From assembly GCA_043823065.1 (NCBI GenBank), contig JBDRBB010000009.1:64001-128000 (forward strand): DNA of 64,000 nt. Reading direction: 5' to 3'. How positions within the stretch are numbered: position 1 is the first letter of the stretch; each line of letters starts with the position of its first letter. Made by a program: the position numbers and the translations under genes. The notes below the pieces were generated by a model. The model worked only from the letters and a program-made list of their open reading frames with translations, searched no databases and was not told the origin of the DNA. The stretch comes from Pseudomonadota bacterium (GTDB lineage Bacteria > UBA10199 > 2-02-FULL-44-16 > DYJF01). Of the stretch, positions 10,941 to 20,397 are shown piece after piece.

Positions 10941-11513
10941 CTACCAATTTTCACCAAGTAATTCAAAGTGAGCTTGGGGATGAACGCATGCTGGGCAAAC
11001 CTCTGGTGCTTCATGACCAGTGTGTAAATATCCACAGTTGCGGCAGCGCCAAGTAACTTGAGTTTCTCTTTTAAATACCACATCGTTTTCAATATTGGCT
11101 TTTAAATCTAGATATCTTTTTTCATGTTGTTTTTCAGCCACAGCAATTGCTTCAAATGCTTTGGCTATTTCTTCAAAACCTTCTTTTCTGGCAGTTTTGG
11201 CAAAAGAAGGATACATGTCTGTCCATTCATAATTTTCACCACCAGCTGCTTCTGCCAAATTTGCCACAGTGTTGCCAATTACTCCTGCGGGAAATTTGGC
11301 TTTAATTTCTACTTCGCCGCCTTCTAAAAATTTAAACAAACGTTTGGCATGTTCTTTTTCTTGGTTGGCAGTTTCTTCAAAAATATAAGAAATCTGCACA
11401 AACCCCTCTTTTTTGGCTTGGCTGGAAAAATAGGTATAACGATTCCTAGCCTGAGATTCTCCTGCAAAAGCAGTGACTAAATTTTTTTCAGTCAAAGTTC
11501 CTTTCAAACTCAT
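10941..11513 (-). CDS. rbr: Rubrerythrin
   Basis: [28 protein letters not shown]...CPAC; start MSLKGT at 11513. Confidence 0.96.
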   Translation of the reverse strand: MSLKGTLTEKNLVTAFAGESQARNRYTYFSSQAKKEGFVQISYIFEETANQEKEHAKRLFKFLEGGEVEIKAKFPAGVIGNTVANLAEAAGGENYEWTDMYPSFAKTARKEGFEEIAKAFEAIAVAEKQHEKRYLDLKANIENDVVFKRETQVTWRCRNCGYLHTGHEAPEVCPACVHPQAHFELLGENW

Positions 11514-11529
11514 AACTTCCCCTTTCTGC

Positions 11530-11937
11530 CTATTTGGCTTTTTTCTGACAATTTGGACATAATCCATTAAACTCTAAGCGAAAACTAGTAATCTCAAATC
11601 CCTCTATTGTACCCAAAGCTGAATCAAGTTCGGCAATTTGCTTCAAAGGGAGATCAAATATTTTTTGGCAAGTTTGACAACGTAGATGGTAATGAGCGTG
11701 CTTTTTACCATCAAAACGCTTTTGAGCCCCAGATAATTCTAGTTTGGTAATCTCACCTGTTTTAGCTAAAAACTCAAGGTTTCTATATACTGTTCCCAAG
11801 CTAATTTTAGGCAGGCGATTTTTGACAATATTATATAATTCATCAGCAGTAGGATGAGTGTGTAGTTTAGCTAATTCCTCAAAAATAACCTGCCGTTGTT
11901 CAGTATTTCTACTAATTGGACAATTTTCTTTATTCAT
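11530..11937 (-). CDS. perR: Fur-family regulator, PerR-like
   Basis: [30 protein letters not shown]; first gene of the oxidative-stress operon. Confidence 0.85.
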   Translation of the reverse strand: MNKENCPISRNTEQRQVIFEELAKLHTHPTADELYNIVKNRLPKISLGTVYRNLEFLAKTGEITKLELSGAQKRFDGKKHAHYHLRCQTCQKIFDLPLKQIAELDSALGTIEGFEITSFRLEFNGLCPNCQKKAK

Positions 11938-11942
11938 TTCTT

Positions 11943-11974
11943 ATCAAGAATAGTTACTATTAGCACAATGTCAA
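11943..11974 (-). promoter_or_regulatory. Sigma70-type promoter with overlapping putative PerR/Fur operator
   Basis: Minus strand TTGACA-N16-TATTCT; palindrome AATAGT-N-ACTATT at 11949-11961 overlaps spacer and -10. Confidence 0.6.
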
Positions 11975-11979
11975 GGTAA

Positions 11980-13602
11980 TTATCCTAAAAAATGAATAGC
12001 AGCTAAGACAAAAACTTGGCCAGTAATGGTTAGCAAAATAACTGCCACTGGATAAACTGCTGCATAGGAAATTACCGGGGATTCATCATCTAAAGACTTA
12101 ACCAAAACACCCAAGGCTGGGCTGCTGGTTAAGGCGCCACAAATTGCGCCTAAAGAGGTTAACATGGGTATGTGTAAAATATTATGGGCAAAGATAAAAG
12201 CAGCAATGGTTGTGATTGAAGCAATCAAAGCGCCTAACACAAAGATTGGCCAAATATTATGCTGAGCAATGATTTCTGGTAAAAAATGACCAGTTTTAGT
12301 TCCCACGCCCACTAAAAAAAAGACTAAGCCAATGTCGCGCAAAAAGAATTTTGTGGCATTAGGCAGCCTAACTGACCAAGGCCCAATTTTGCCAAAATGA
12401 CTGATAATTAAGGCCATGATTAAAGGACCACCAGCATTACCCAATTTAAAAGTAAAATTACCAAGTACTATTGGGATTTCTCCTAACAGAACTCCAGTAA
12501 GCATGCCTAGGGATAAAATTAAAATATTGGTATCATCTAATCTGCGTTTTTCTGAACCAGCAACATTAATAAAGTGTTCTAAATTTTCTTTGTTGCCAAT
12601 AATGCGAATAGAATCTCCCACTTCTAAAAACATGTTACTAGTAGGAGTGATGGCAATATCACCGCGGTAAATTCTGGTAACAGTTATGCCGTAGTTTTCC
12701 CTTAAACGTAATTTTTTTAGGGCCTTGCCGGTTATTTTTGAACCACTAACAAAGATATCTCTAATATTAACTGTACCTTCAAATGGCAGCTCACCTGTCA
12801 TTTCTTCGCCAAGCAACATTTTTGCTTTATCTAGTTCCTGATCCTTACCAACCGCAACCACAATATCATCTAAGGCCAATTTAGTTTGAGGCAAACATAA
12901 GTGGATTTCATTATGGCGTTGATAGCGGGTAAGATTCACTTGGCAAAAATCATGCAAGTTAATTTCATTAATAGTCTTACCAGCCAGATTGGCATTGGTA
13001 AGGCGAAAACATCTGGTTTTTATCTCATGTTGGGTATGTTGTTTGGCTTCTAGAGAGCGGTCTTCTTGGATTTGCTTGCTAAAAAATCTTGGCACCAGTT
13101 GGACCAAAAGGATGAGACTTATTAAACCAAAAGGATAAGAGATGGCATAACCTAAAGAAGCAGCGCCAGCAGTGCCAGGAATATAATTTTGAATAGCATC
13201 AATTGCAGTTGCCAAAGTAGGAGTGCTAGTTAGAGCTCCAGCAAAAGTTCCTACAGCTAGGCTGGTATTAATATGAAAAAGTTTGGCCAAAAAAATACTT
13301 AGGGCAATGCCAAATACAGTTGCAAAAAAAGCTAGCAGTAAAAATTTTACGCCGCGCACCCTAAATAAACGAAAAAATTGAGGACCAGCTTGAATGCCCA
13401 CAGCATAAACAAAAAATACAATGCCCAACTCAGTAATAATTGTTGGTGTTTGATAGCCAGCAAACCCAGCAGTAATGGCCACAAACAAGCAGGCGCTACT
13501 TCCTAAAGACACGCCCCATAATTTAAGATGTCCTAAAGAATAACCAACCAGGACAATTAAGAGTAAGGGTAAGATTTGATTATTTATTAAAGTTTGCCAC
13601 AT
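11980..13602 (-). CDS. AspT/YidE/YbjL-family transporter with two TrkA-C domains
   Basis: FVYAVGIQAGPQFF, GALTSTP, YPFG; duplicated membrane halves around a soluble region. Confidence 0.88.
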   Translation of the reverse strand: MWQTLINNQILPLLLIVLVGYSLGHLKLWGVSLGSSACLFVAITAGFAGYQTPTIITELGIVFFVYAVGIQAGPQFFRLFRVRGVKFLLLAFFATVFGIALSIFLAKLFHINTSLAVGTFAGALTSTPTLATAIDAIQNYIPGTAGAASLGYAISYPFGLISLILLVQLVPRFFSKQIQEDRSLEAKQHTQHEIKTRCFRLTNANLAGKTINEINLHDFCQVNLTRYQRHNEIHLCLPQTKLALDDIVVAVGKDQELDKAKMLLGEEMTGELPFEGTVNIRDIFVSGSKITGKALKKLRLRENYGITVTRIYRGDIAITPTSNMFLEVGDSIRIIGNKENLEHFINVAGSEKRRLDDTNILILSLGMLTGVLLGEIPIVLGNFTFKLGNAGGPLIMALIISHFGKIGPWSVRLPNATKFFLRDIGLVFFLVGVGTKTGHFLPEIIAQHNIWPIFVLGALIASITTIAAFIFAHNILHIPMLTSLGAICGALTSSPALGVLVKSLDDESPVISYAAVYPVAVILLTITGQVFVLAAIHFLG

Positions 13603-13664
13603 AAAAGAGGTTGCTCATTCCTTATAATGCGGTATAAAGCAGTTTAAACTCGTTTACAACTATT

Positions 13665-15326
13665 ATGTTTTTGCGAAAAATTTTTATTTTAGTTATTTTT
13701 TGTTTGGCCAGCAGTGGCGTTGCTCTTGCTCAAGAAAATGGCCTTGTTTTTTCTATACAAGACAAGTTGCAAAAGAGCCAGCTTGTATCTGGTCAAGTCT
13801 TGCACGCCTATCCAATCTTAAAAAGATATTATCAAGATCGGAGCTTTGAACCTGTTTGGATAAAATCTGACCTTAAAGTAACCAAACAAGCTAAAGATCT
13901 GTTAAAAATTTTGAATCAAATTGATCAGGAAGGTTTAAATCCAGAAGACTACCATTTTGAAATAATTTCTTTGAACCTGGATCAAGCTAAAAAATTTAGA
14001 CAGCAAGATAAATTGGAAGATTTGGCAGATCTAGAATTGCTTTTAAGCGATGCTTTTTTAAGTCTGGGTTTCCATTTTTCCTATGGAAAAGTAGATCCTA
14101 TGAATTTTAAAGCGCGCTGGTATGCGCCAATTTCTGAAAATGGTTTGCCAGCTATTATGGATCAGGCTGTTGCTAACAACCAGGTGCGGGAAGCTTTGCT
14201 TGATCTATTGCCAAAAACACCAGGTTATCAAAAGTTGCGGCAAAAATTAGCAGAATTAAAAGAGCTGTCTCAAGAAACAAATTGGACGCCAATTCCAGAT
14301 TTGCCTAAAAACAAGAAACTCAAACTTGGTGATCAGGACGAACGCATTGTTTTGATTAAGCAACGTTTAGATTTGTTGCCAAATCTTAAGCAAGATATCT
14401 GGCCTGAACAAGCTTATGTCTTTGACCAGGAATTAGAAGTGGCTCTAAAAGAATTTCAAGCACAACATGGTTTATTAGTTGATGGAGTAGTTGGCTGGCG
14501 CACCATTAACAATTTAAATGAAGCTATATTTAAAAAAATTGAACAAGTTAAAATCAATTTAGATCGTCAAAGGGCGCTGGCATCTCTTTTGTATGAACCC
14601 AGAAATATTGTAGTAAATATTCCCAATTTTGGTTTGGAAGTTAGAGACAATAACCAAAAGATCATGGAAATGCGCGTGATTGTTGGTATGAAAAAGCGCA
14701 TGACACCTTTGTTGTCATCTGAAATTAATCATTTAATCTTTAGTCCCAAGTGGTTTGTGCCAGATACTATTTTAGTGGAAGATAAATTGCCCTTAGTTAA
14801 AGATGATCCAGAGTTTTTTAAAAAACATGGCATGAAGATTTATGAAAAAGGCGGGGAAAGATCTAAGCAGGCCGAGCCTATTGATCCAGAAACTATTGAT
14901 TGGTCGCAAATTGATTTTGATGATCCAGAAGATGTGCCATTTAGGGTGGTGCAAGGCCCAGGTGCTGGCAATGCTTTAGGCAGGGTTAAATTTATGTTTC
15001 CCAATCCGCATGCGGTTTATCTGCACGATACACCAACCAAGGGTTTGTTTAACAATGCGTACCGGGCTTTTAGTTCTGGTTGTATGCGCATTCAAAAACC
15101 CATTGATATGGCAAAATTTTTGCTTCAGGATAAAAAAAGCTGGGATGAAGAAAAGATCAAGCGAGCCATGAACCAAGGACATGAGCAAGTTGTTCCTTTA
15201 ACCAACCCTATACCCATTCATGTTATCTACATGACCTCCTGGGTGGATGATAATAATCAATTGCAGCTTCGAGAAGATATTTATGGATTAGATACTGCAT
15301 ACCAGAAGGCATTTAATACACACTAA
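13665..15326 (+). CDS. Murein L,D-transpeptidase (YcbB/LdtD family)
   Basis: Peptidoglycan-binding FQAQHGLLVDGVVG; VNIP; NALGRVKFMFPN...YLHDTP...SSGCMR. Confidence 0.92.
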   Translation: MFLRKIFILVIFCLASSGVALAQENGLVFSIQDKLQKSQLVSGQVLHAYPILKRYYQDRSFEPVWIKSDLKVTKQAKDLLKILNQIDQEGLNPEDYHFEIISLNLDQAKKFRQQDKLEDLADLELLLSDAFLSLGFHFSYGKVDPMNFKARWYAPISENGLPAIMDQAVANNQVREALLDLLPKTPGYQKLRQKLAELKELSQETNWTPIPDLPKNKKLKLGDQDERIVLIKQRLDLLPNLKQDIWPEQAYVFDQELEVALKEFQAQHGLLVDGVVGWRTINNLNEAIFKKIEQVKINLDRQRALASLLYEPRNIVVNIPNFGLEVRDNNQKIMEMRVIVGMKKRMTPLLSSEINHLIFSPKWFVPDTILVEDKLPLVKDDPEFFKKHGMKIYEKGGERSKQAEPIDPETIDWSQIDFDDPEDVPFRVVQGPGAGNALGRVKFMFPNPHAVYLHDTPTKGLFNNAYRAFSSGCMRIQKPIDMAKFLLQDKKSWDEEKIKRAMNQGHEQVVPLTNPIPIHVIYMTSWVDDNNQLQLREDIYGLDTAYQKAFNTH

Positions 15327-15328
15327 GA

Positions 15329-16081
15329 ATGTTCACTTTTATATTCCTAGGTGCTGCAGGTTTTTTGGCAGGATTTATAGACTCGGTTGCTGGCGGCGGC
15401 GGTTTGATTACCTTGCCAGCGCTTTTGGCCGCAGGTCTTCCTCCTCATCTGGCTTTAGGCACCAACAAATTTCAATCTATGTTTGGCACAACTTGTGCGC
15501 TCATTAACTTTGCCCGCAAAGGAAAAGTGATTTGGAAAGTAGCAGCTCTGGGTGTGCCTTTTGCTTTAGTTGGTTCAACTCTTGGCGCGCATTTGGTTTT
15601 ATTTTTAAATCCTTCGCTGGTAGCCAAAATCATTATTGGTTTTCTACCACCGTTAGTAGTTGTAGTTTTATTTTCGCGCTCAATTTTGCGTCATCGTCCG
15701 CCAGCCAAAATGAAGAAATTAAATTTTTGGGTGCTTACTCCTTTAGCCTGTTTATTAATTGGCGCTTATGATGGTTTTTTGGGACCAGGGACTGGCTCGT
15801 TTTTAATTTTAGCCTTGGTTTTTTTTACACACTTAAATTTGATCGGAGCCAGCGCTACGGCCAAGACCTTTAATCTGGCTTCAAACGTAGGCGCATTTGC
15901 GATGTTTGTAATATCCGGAGCAGTATATTTCCCTTATGCTATTATCATGGCAATATTTAATATTGCTGGCAACATTGTCGGCAGCCATTTTGCCATCAAA
16001 CGCGGCGATCACTTTATTCAAAAAATCCTTATAGTATCCTTGTCGCTTCTGTTGGCATATCTCATCTGGAAATATTTTTAA
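15329..16081 (+). CDS. TauE/SafE (TSUP) family exporter
   Basis: GFIDSVAGGGGLI, ALGTNK, GAYDGFLGPGTGSF. Confidence 0.9.
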   Translation: MFTFIFLGAAGFLAGFIDSVAGGGGLITLPALLAAGLPPHLALGTNKFQSMFGTTCALINFARKGKVIWKVAALGVPFALVGSTLGAHLVLFLNPSLVAKIIIGFLPPLVVVVLFSRSILRHRPPAKMKKLNFWVLTPLACLLIGAYDGFLGPGTGSFLILALVFFTHLNLIGASATAKTFNLASNVGAFAMFVISGAVYFPYAIIMAIFNIAGNIVGSHFAIKRGDHFIQKILIVSLSLLLAYLIWKYF

Positions 16082-16109
16082 AATATTGTTTAGCAACTTA
16101 AATGAGTAA

Positions 16110-16135
16110 TTAAAATTCCCGAAAGGGAATTTTAA
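16110..16135. terminator. Hairpin, probable terminator
   Basis: TTAAAATTCCC-GAAA-GGGAATTTTAA perfect stem just after the TSUP gene. Confidence 0.6.
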
Positions 16136-16178
16136 CGTTTATTGACACTGGGGCAAGAAGTGTATAGGTTGCAAACCT

Positions 16179-17117
16179 ATGAAGATAAAAAATATATTTT
16201 TGGTTGCTTTGTTATTGACTTTAGTGGCCCAAGTTGGTTTGGCCAAAGTTCCTGATAAATATTTTAAGAAAAAAAATGAAAGCAGTATCGCCAACGGAAA
16301 CAGCAACAACAATGGCAATGGGAACGGTAATGGCATTAGTTTTGCCAATCCTTACGGCATCGCAGTGGATGAGAAAACCGGGTTTATGTATGTCAGTAAT
16401 GTTAATGGCGAACTCACTGCCAAAGATGGCAATGGTTATATTTCCCGCCTAAAAAGTGACGGTACAGTTGATGAAATTAAATTCATCAATGGAGGCAATA
16501 GTAAAGATGCCTTAAATGCGCCCACAGGTATGGTAGTTTTGAATACCACGCTTTATGTTTGTGATATTGATGCTTTGCGCGCCTATAATTTGCTCAATAA
16601 AAAATTTATGTTCAATGTCAATTTTGGCGATCTGCCAGTGCAGCATTTTTATGATATTACTATTGGTCCTGATGGGGCGCTGTATGTAACTGATGCTGAT
16701 GCCAATCGGGTTTATAGAATAGATGTGAGCAAGCAACATGAAGTAACCACTTTTATTGCTAATCTAGATTTAGGTGGACCGCGCGGTATTGTTTGGTATC
16801 CGCTAAGTCAAAGTTTCATAGTTGCTGGTGCAGTATCTGGAAAGATTACTGCTTATGATAAAAATGGGGCCACTAAACAATTACCGTCTATCTTCTTGAA
16901 AGCACCGCAAGGACTGGGGTTAGATGATAGTGGTAATATTTACGTTGCTGATATGAGTTTGGAAAATGTTTATCTTATTCCTTCTAATTTTGCCTTGTTA
17001 GGATTTAAGCAAGGTTTGCAAGAACCAACAGGTATTGCTTATAATAGAATGTCTAAAAAAATTGCCATTTCCAGTTTTAAGGGAAATGAGGTTGTCTTTG
17101 TCGAACCAGCTCAATGA
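16179..17117 (+). CDS. Exported beta-propeller protein (SMP-30/NHL-repeat type)
   Basis: Signal peptide; repeated PYGIAVD, APTGM, GPDGALYVTD, GPRGI, APQGL, EPTGI blades; Asn/Gly-rich linker. Confidence 0.8.
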   Translation: MKIKNIFLVALLLTLVAQVGLAKVPDKYFKKKNESSIANGNSNNNGNGNGNGISFANPYGIAVDEKTGFMYVSNVNGELTAKDGNGYISRLKSDGTVDEIKFINGGNSKDALNAPTGMVVLNTTLYVCDIDALRAYNLLNKKFMFNVNFGDLPVQHFYDITIGPDGALYVTDADANRVYRIDVSKQHEVTTFIANLDLGGPRGIVWYPLSQSFIVAGAVSGKITAYDKNGATKQLPSIFLKAPQGLGLDDSGNIYVADMSLENVYLIPSNFALLGFKQGLQEPTGIAYNRMSKKIAISSFKGNEVVFVEPAQ

Positions 17118-17595
17118 AAAATTCATGCAGAAAGCTTTAGCTCAAGCCAAAAAAGCCTGGGCCAAAGACGAAGTGCCAATTGGCGCTGTGGCTGTGGTTG
17201 ACGGAAAGATCGTAGCCAGAGCGCACAATATTAAGGAAAGCACGCACAATCCCTTGGGGCATGCTGAAATTCTGCTTTTGCAAAAATTAACTAAAAAACA
17301 AAAACGCTGGCGCTTAAGTGATGTGAACATTTATGTCACTTGTGAGCCATGTATCATGTGTGCTGGTGCTTTGTGGCAGGCTAGAATCGGTAAACTTTAT
17401 TTTGGTTGTTCTGATCCTAAGGCCGGTGCTTGCGGATCATTATATAATGTGCCAGAAGATAAACGCTTAAATCATCGTATTAAAACCACAGGCGGTATTT
17501 TAGCCAAGCAGTGCGCCCAGCTTTTATCAGATTTTTTTGTTGCCAAGCGGAAATCAAGGTGTCATTCCCGCGCAGGCGGGAATCTACTTGAGTAA
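17086..17595 (+). CDS. tadA: tRNA adenosine(34) deaminase
   Basis: EVPIGAV, HAE, WRL, EPCIMCAGA, LNHR; exact start uncertain (17086 or 17125). Confidence 0.92.
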   Translation: MRLSLSNQLNEKFMQKALAQAKKAWAKDEVPIGAVAVVDGKIVARAHNIKESTHNPLGHAEILLLQKLTKKQKRWRLSDVNIYVTCEPCIMCAGALWQARIGKLYFGCSDPKAGACGSLYNVPEDKRLNHRIKTTGGILAKQCAQLLSDFFVAKRKSRCHSRAGGNLLE

Positions 17596-17626
17596 AAATT
17601 AGATCCCTGCTTTCGCAGGGATGACA
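17560..17626. repeat. Palindromic doublet, family B (GTCATTCCCGCG.AnGCGGGAATC)
   Basis: Two inverted hairpins; related copies at 30130-30156 and 54602-54672; first hairpin lies inside the tadA 3' end. Confidence 0.85.
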
Positions 17627-17674
17627 ACAATTCTTGCATTCACCTCTTAAAAGCGGTAATAAGGTAATATTATT

Positions 17675-18433
17675 ATGCTTTTAATCCCCCAGCTCTATCT
17701 TAGAAATAATAAAGTAGTGTCTGTAGAAGGCATGAATACACCTCTTTACGATGCTGATCCAATTGTAATGTGTCGTAGTCTCAAAGATGCTGGAGCTGAA
17801 GCTGTTTATTTGGTGGATTTAAATATTTCTACAATCGGCGATGGTCCAAATTTGCCACTTATCCAAAAAATCAAACAAGAAGTTGGCTTGCAACTTTTTC
17901 TAGGAGATAATTTCAGATCAGTGCAGGCAATTGATCCTTATGCTAAATTAGATCCAAAACTAATTGTTTTAGAGACAGTGGCCTATCAAGAACCAGATTT
18001 GGTTAAACAAGCTTGTCAGCGTTATTCTGGAAAAATTGCCGTGAAAATTTTTGTGCGTGCAGGAAAAATTACCATTCCAGGCTGGGCGGTTTCGCCCACC
18101 AAAACGGCAATAGATTATGCCCAGCAGTTTGGTAATATGGGAGTTAAGAGTTTTTTCTATTCTGATATTTCTGAAAAAGGTGTTCTGGAACAAAAAAATC
18201 TGGATAATATTTTGTTCTTTTGCAAAAAAGTTTACAGCAATGTTATTTGCACCAGTGAAATTAGAAATGCAGGTGATATTGAAAAACTAATGACGGTTGG
18301 CGCTCCTGGTTTGAATGGTTTGGTTCTAGCCCATGCCTTTTATGAAAACCGCATTGATCTTAAAGCTGCAATCAACTTGGTTTTAGATCTTTCTGTCAGT
18401 TCTAGCAATGAGCCCACCTTAACGGAGGATTAA
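17675..18433 (+). CDS. HisA/HisF-fold TIM-barrel protein with degenerate catalytic motifs
   Basis: HisA-like layout (GAEAVYLVDL, PGW, YSDISEKG) but PAIDL->PQLYL and GGGIR->GDNFR. Confidence 0.75.
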   Translation: MLLIPQLYLRNNKVVSVEGMNTPLYDADPIVMCRSLKDAGAEAVYLVDLNISTIGDGPNLPLIQKIKQEVGLQLFLGDNFRSVQAIDPYAKLDPKLIVLETVAYQEPDLVKQACQRYSGKIAVKIFVRAGKITIPGWAVSPTKTAIDYAQQFGNMGVKSFFYSDISEKGVLEQKNLDNILFFCKKVYSNVICTSEIRNAGDIEKLMTVGAPGLNGLVLAHAFYENRIDLKAAINLVLDLSVSSSNEPTLTED

Positions 18434-18778
18434 ATGGCAGGCGACTGTATCTTTTGTAAAATTGCCAAAGGGGAAATGCCTTCAGATAAGGTTTTTGAAA
18501 ATAAAGATATAATTGCTTTTCGAGATATTAACCCTGTAGCGCCCACCCACATTATTGTTATTCCCAAAGAGCATTATCCTACTTTAAATGATATTCCTGC
18601 AGAAAACTTAAATATTATTTCCCAGATCTATGCGGTGATTAAAGAGATAGCCAAAAAAGAGGGTGTGGCTGAAAAAGGGTATCGCACTATAGTTAATACT
18701 AATCCAGAATCCGGTCAGGTGGTATTTCATCTGCATTTTCACATTTTAGGTGGCCGACCAATGCGAGGTCTAGGATAA
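18434..18778 (+). CDS. hinT: Histidine triad nucleotide-binding protein
   Basis: DCIFCKI, AFRDINP, GQVVFHLHFHILGGR. Confidence 0.95.
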   Translation: MAGDCIFCKIAKGEMPSDKVFENKDIIAFRDINPVAPTHIIVIPKEHYPTLNDIPAENLNIISQIYAVIKEIAKKEGVAEKGYRTIVNTNPESGQVVFHLHFHILGGRPMRGLG

Positions 18779-18782
18779 AAGC

Positions 18783-18836
18783 GACCATTGACTATAGACC
18801 TTAAAAGTCTATGGTCTATAGTCAATAGTCCATGGT
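18783..18836. repeat. Heptamer inverted-repeat element, family C (GACCATA/GACTATT units)
   Basis: Tandem 7-mers followed by their reverse complements; 7 copies in the window. Confidence 0.85.
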
Positions 18837-18845
18837 TAAATTTTT

Positions 18846-20387
18846 ATGGCAGAGATTATTTCCATAAATCCAGCAACTTTAGAAGAAATAGGGCGCGTGC
18901 CTGCTGTTGCCAAAGAAGAAGTGCGCGGCATGGTAGCCCAGGCTAGGGCTGCTTGTCCAGTTTGGCAGCGCCTGGGTTTTAAAAAACGCGCAGAGTATTT
19001 ATTGCAAGCACGCAAGTATTTGTTGGAGCATATTGATGATTTTGCCAAAACCATTACTTTAGAAAACGGCAAGCCTTTAACTGAAGCTCTAACCTCGGAG
19101 ATTTATCCTATTGCAGATTTGATTTATTATTTTAGCCATCATGCGGAAAAATTACTCAAAGAATATAAAGTGCCCATTGGTGTAATGGGCTTGTTGGCGC
19201 GCTCCTCACGTATTTCTTTTCAACCTTTGGGTGTGATTGGCATTATCAGTCCGTGGAATTTCCCTTTTTCCATTCCAGCTGGTGAAGCTGTGATGGCTCT
19301 TTTGTGTGGTAATGCAGTAATCTTAAAACCATCTTCAGTTACTCCCTTGGTAGGTAAAAAAATTGAAGAAATGTTGGATGCTGCCCAAATGCCTGCTGGA
19401 ATTTTTCAACTACTTTCAGGTGGGGCAGAGAATGGAGAAGCGTTAGTTGAATCTAGAGTTGATAAAATATTATTTACCGGAAGTGAAGCTGTTGGCAGTA
19501 GAATTATGGCCAAATGTTCTGAAAACTTAACTCCAGTTGTGCTAGAGTTGGGTGGCAAAGACCCGATGATTGTGCGTGCAGATGCTAACTTAGAGCAAGC
19601 CAGCTCTGGCGCGGTTTGGGGAGCCTTTGTTAATAGTGGTCAGTGTTGCGCTGGTGTGGAAAGAGTTTATGTGCATGAATCAATTTTTGCTAAATTTGTA
19701 GAAATGGTGGTGCAAAAAACTAAAAAGTTAAAACAAGGGCCTGGTATTGATCCTGAAAATGATATTGGCGCTATGACCAACCAAAGCCAGTTAGATTTGG
19801 TCAAAGAACACGTGCAAGAAGCCAAAGAACGCGGGGCTGATATTTTGTGCGGTGGCGAGCAAAATTTAGATTTTCCAGGCTATTTTTATAAACCAACTGT
19901 GCTGACCAATGTTGATCATGGTTTTCGCTGTGTGCGTGAAGAAACCTTTGGCCCCTTAATGCCGATTATGTCTTTTGCAGATGACAACCAGGCCATCAAG
20001 CTAGCCAATGATACCAGATATGGTTTAACTGCTTCGGTTTGGACCAAAGATCTGAAAAAAGGACAAGAAATGGCGCGCAACATTTTGGCTGGCACGGTAA
20101 CTATTAATGATTGTGTTTTCACGCATGCTTTAAGCCAAACCCCTTGGGGCGGCAGAAAAGCTTCTGGTTTTGGCCGCACCCATTCACGTTTTGGTTTACA
20201 GGAATTGGTTACAGTTCATCACATTCATACCAATCATTTGTCTGGTAAAAATTTTTGGTGGTATCCTTATTCTCAGCAGGTGGTAAATAGTTTTAAGGAT
20301 CTGGCAAAATATTTAACTGATAACTGGTTAATTAAAGCCAAAGCAATCCCTGCCTTTTTGAAAGTTTTTAGCAGAAAAAAAATATAG
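18846..20387 (+). CDS. Aldehyde dehydrogenase family protein
   Basis: ISPWNFP, FTGS, LELGGKD, NSGQCC, EETFGP. Confidence 0.93.
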   Translation: MAEIISINPATLEEIGRVPAVAKEEVRGMVAQARAACPVWQRLGFKKRAEYLLQARKYLLEHIDDFAKTITLENGKPLTEALTSEIYPIADLIYYFSHHAEKLLKEYKVPIGVMGLLARSSRISFQPLGVIGIISPWNFPFSIPAGEAVMALLCGNAVILKPSSVTPLVGKKIEEMLDAAQMPAGIFQLLSGGAENGEALVESRVDKILFTGSEAVGSRIMAKCSENLTPVVLELGGKDPMIVRADANLEQASSGAVWGAFVNSGQCCAGVERVYVHESIFAKFVEMVVQKTKKLKQGPGIDPENDIGAMTNQSQLDLVKEHVQEAKERGADILCGGEQNLDFPGYFYKPTVLTNVDHGFRCVREETFGPLMPIMSFADDNQAIKLANDTRYGLTASVWTKDLKKGQEMARNILAGTVTINDCVFTHALSQTPWGGRKASGFGRTHSRFGLQELVTVHHIHTNHLSGKNFWWYPYSQQVVNSFKDLAKYLTDNWLIKAKAIPAFLKVFSRKKI

Positions 20388-20397
20388 AGGCACTCTT

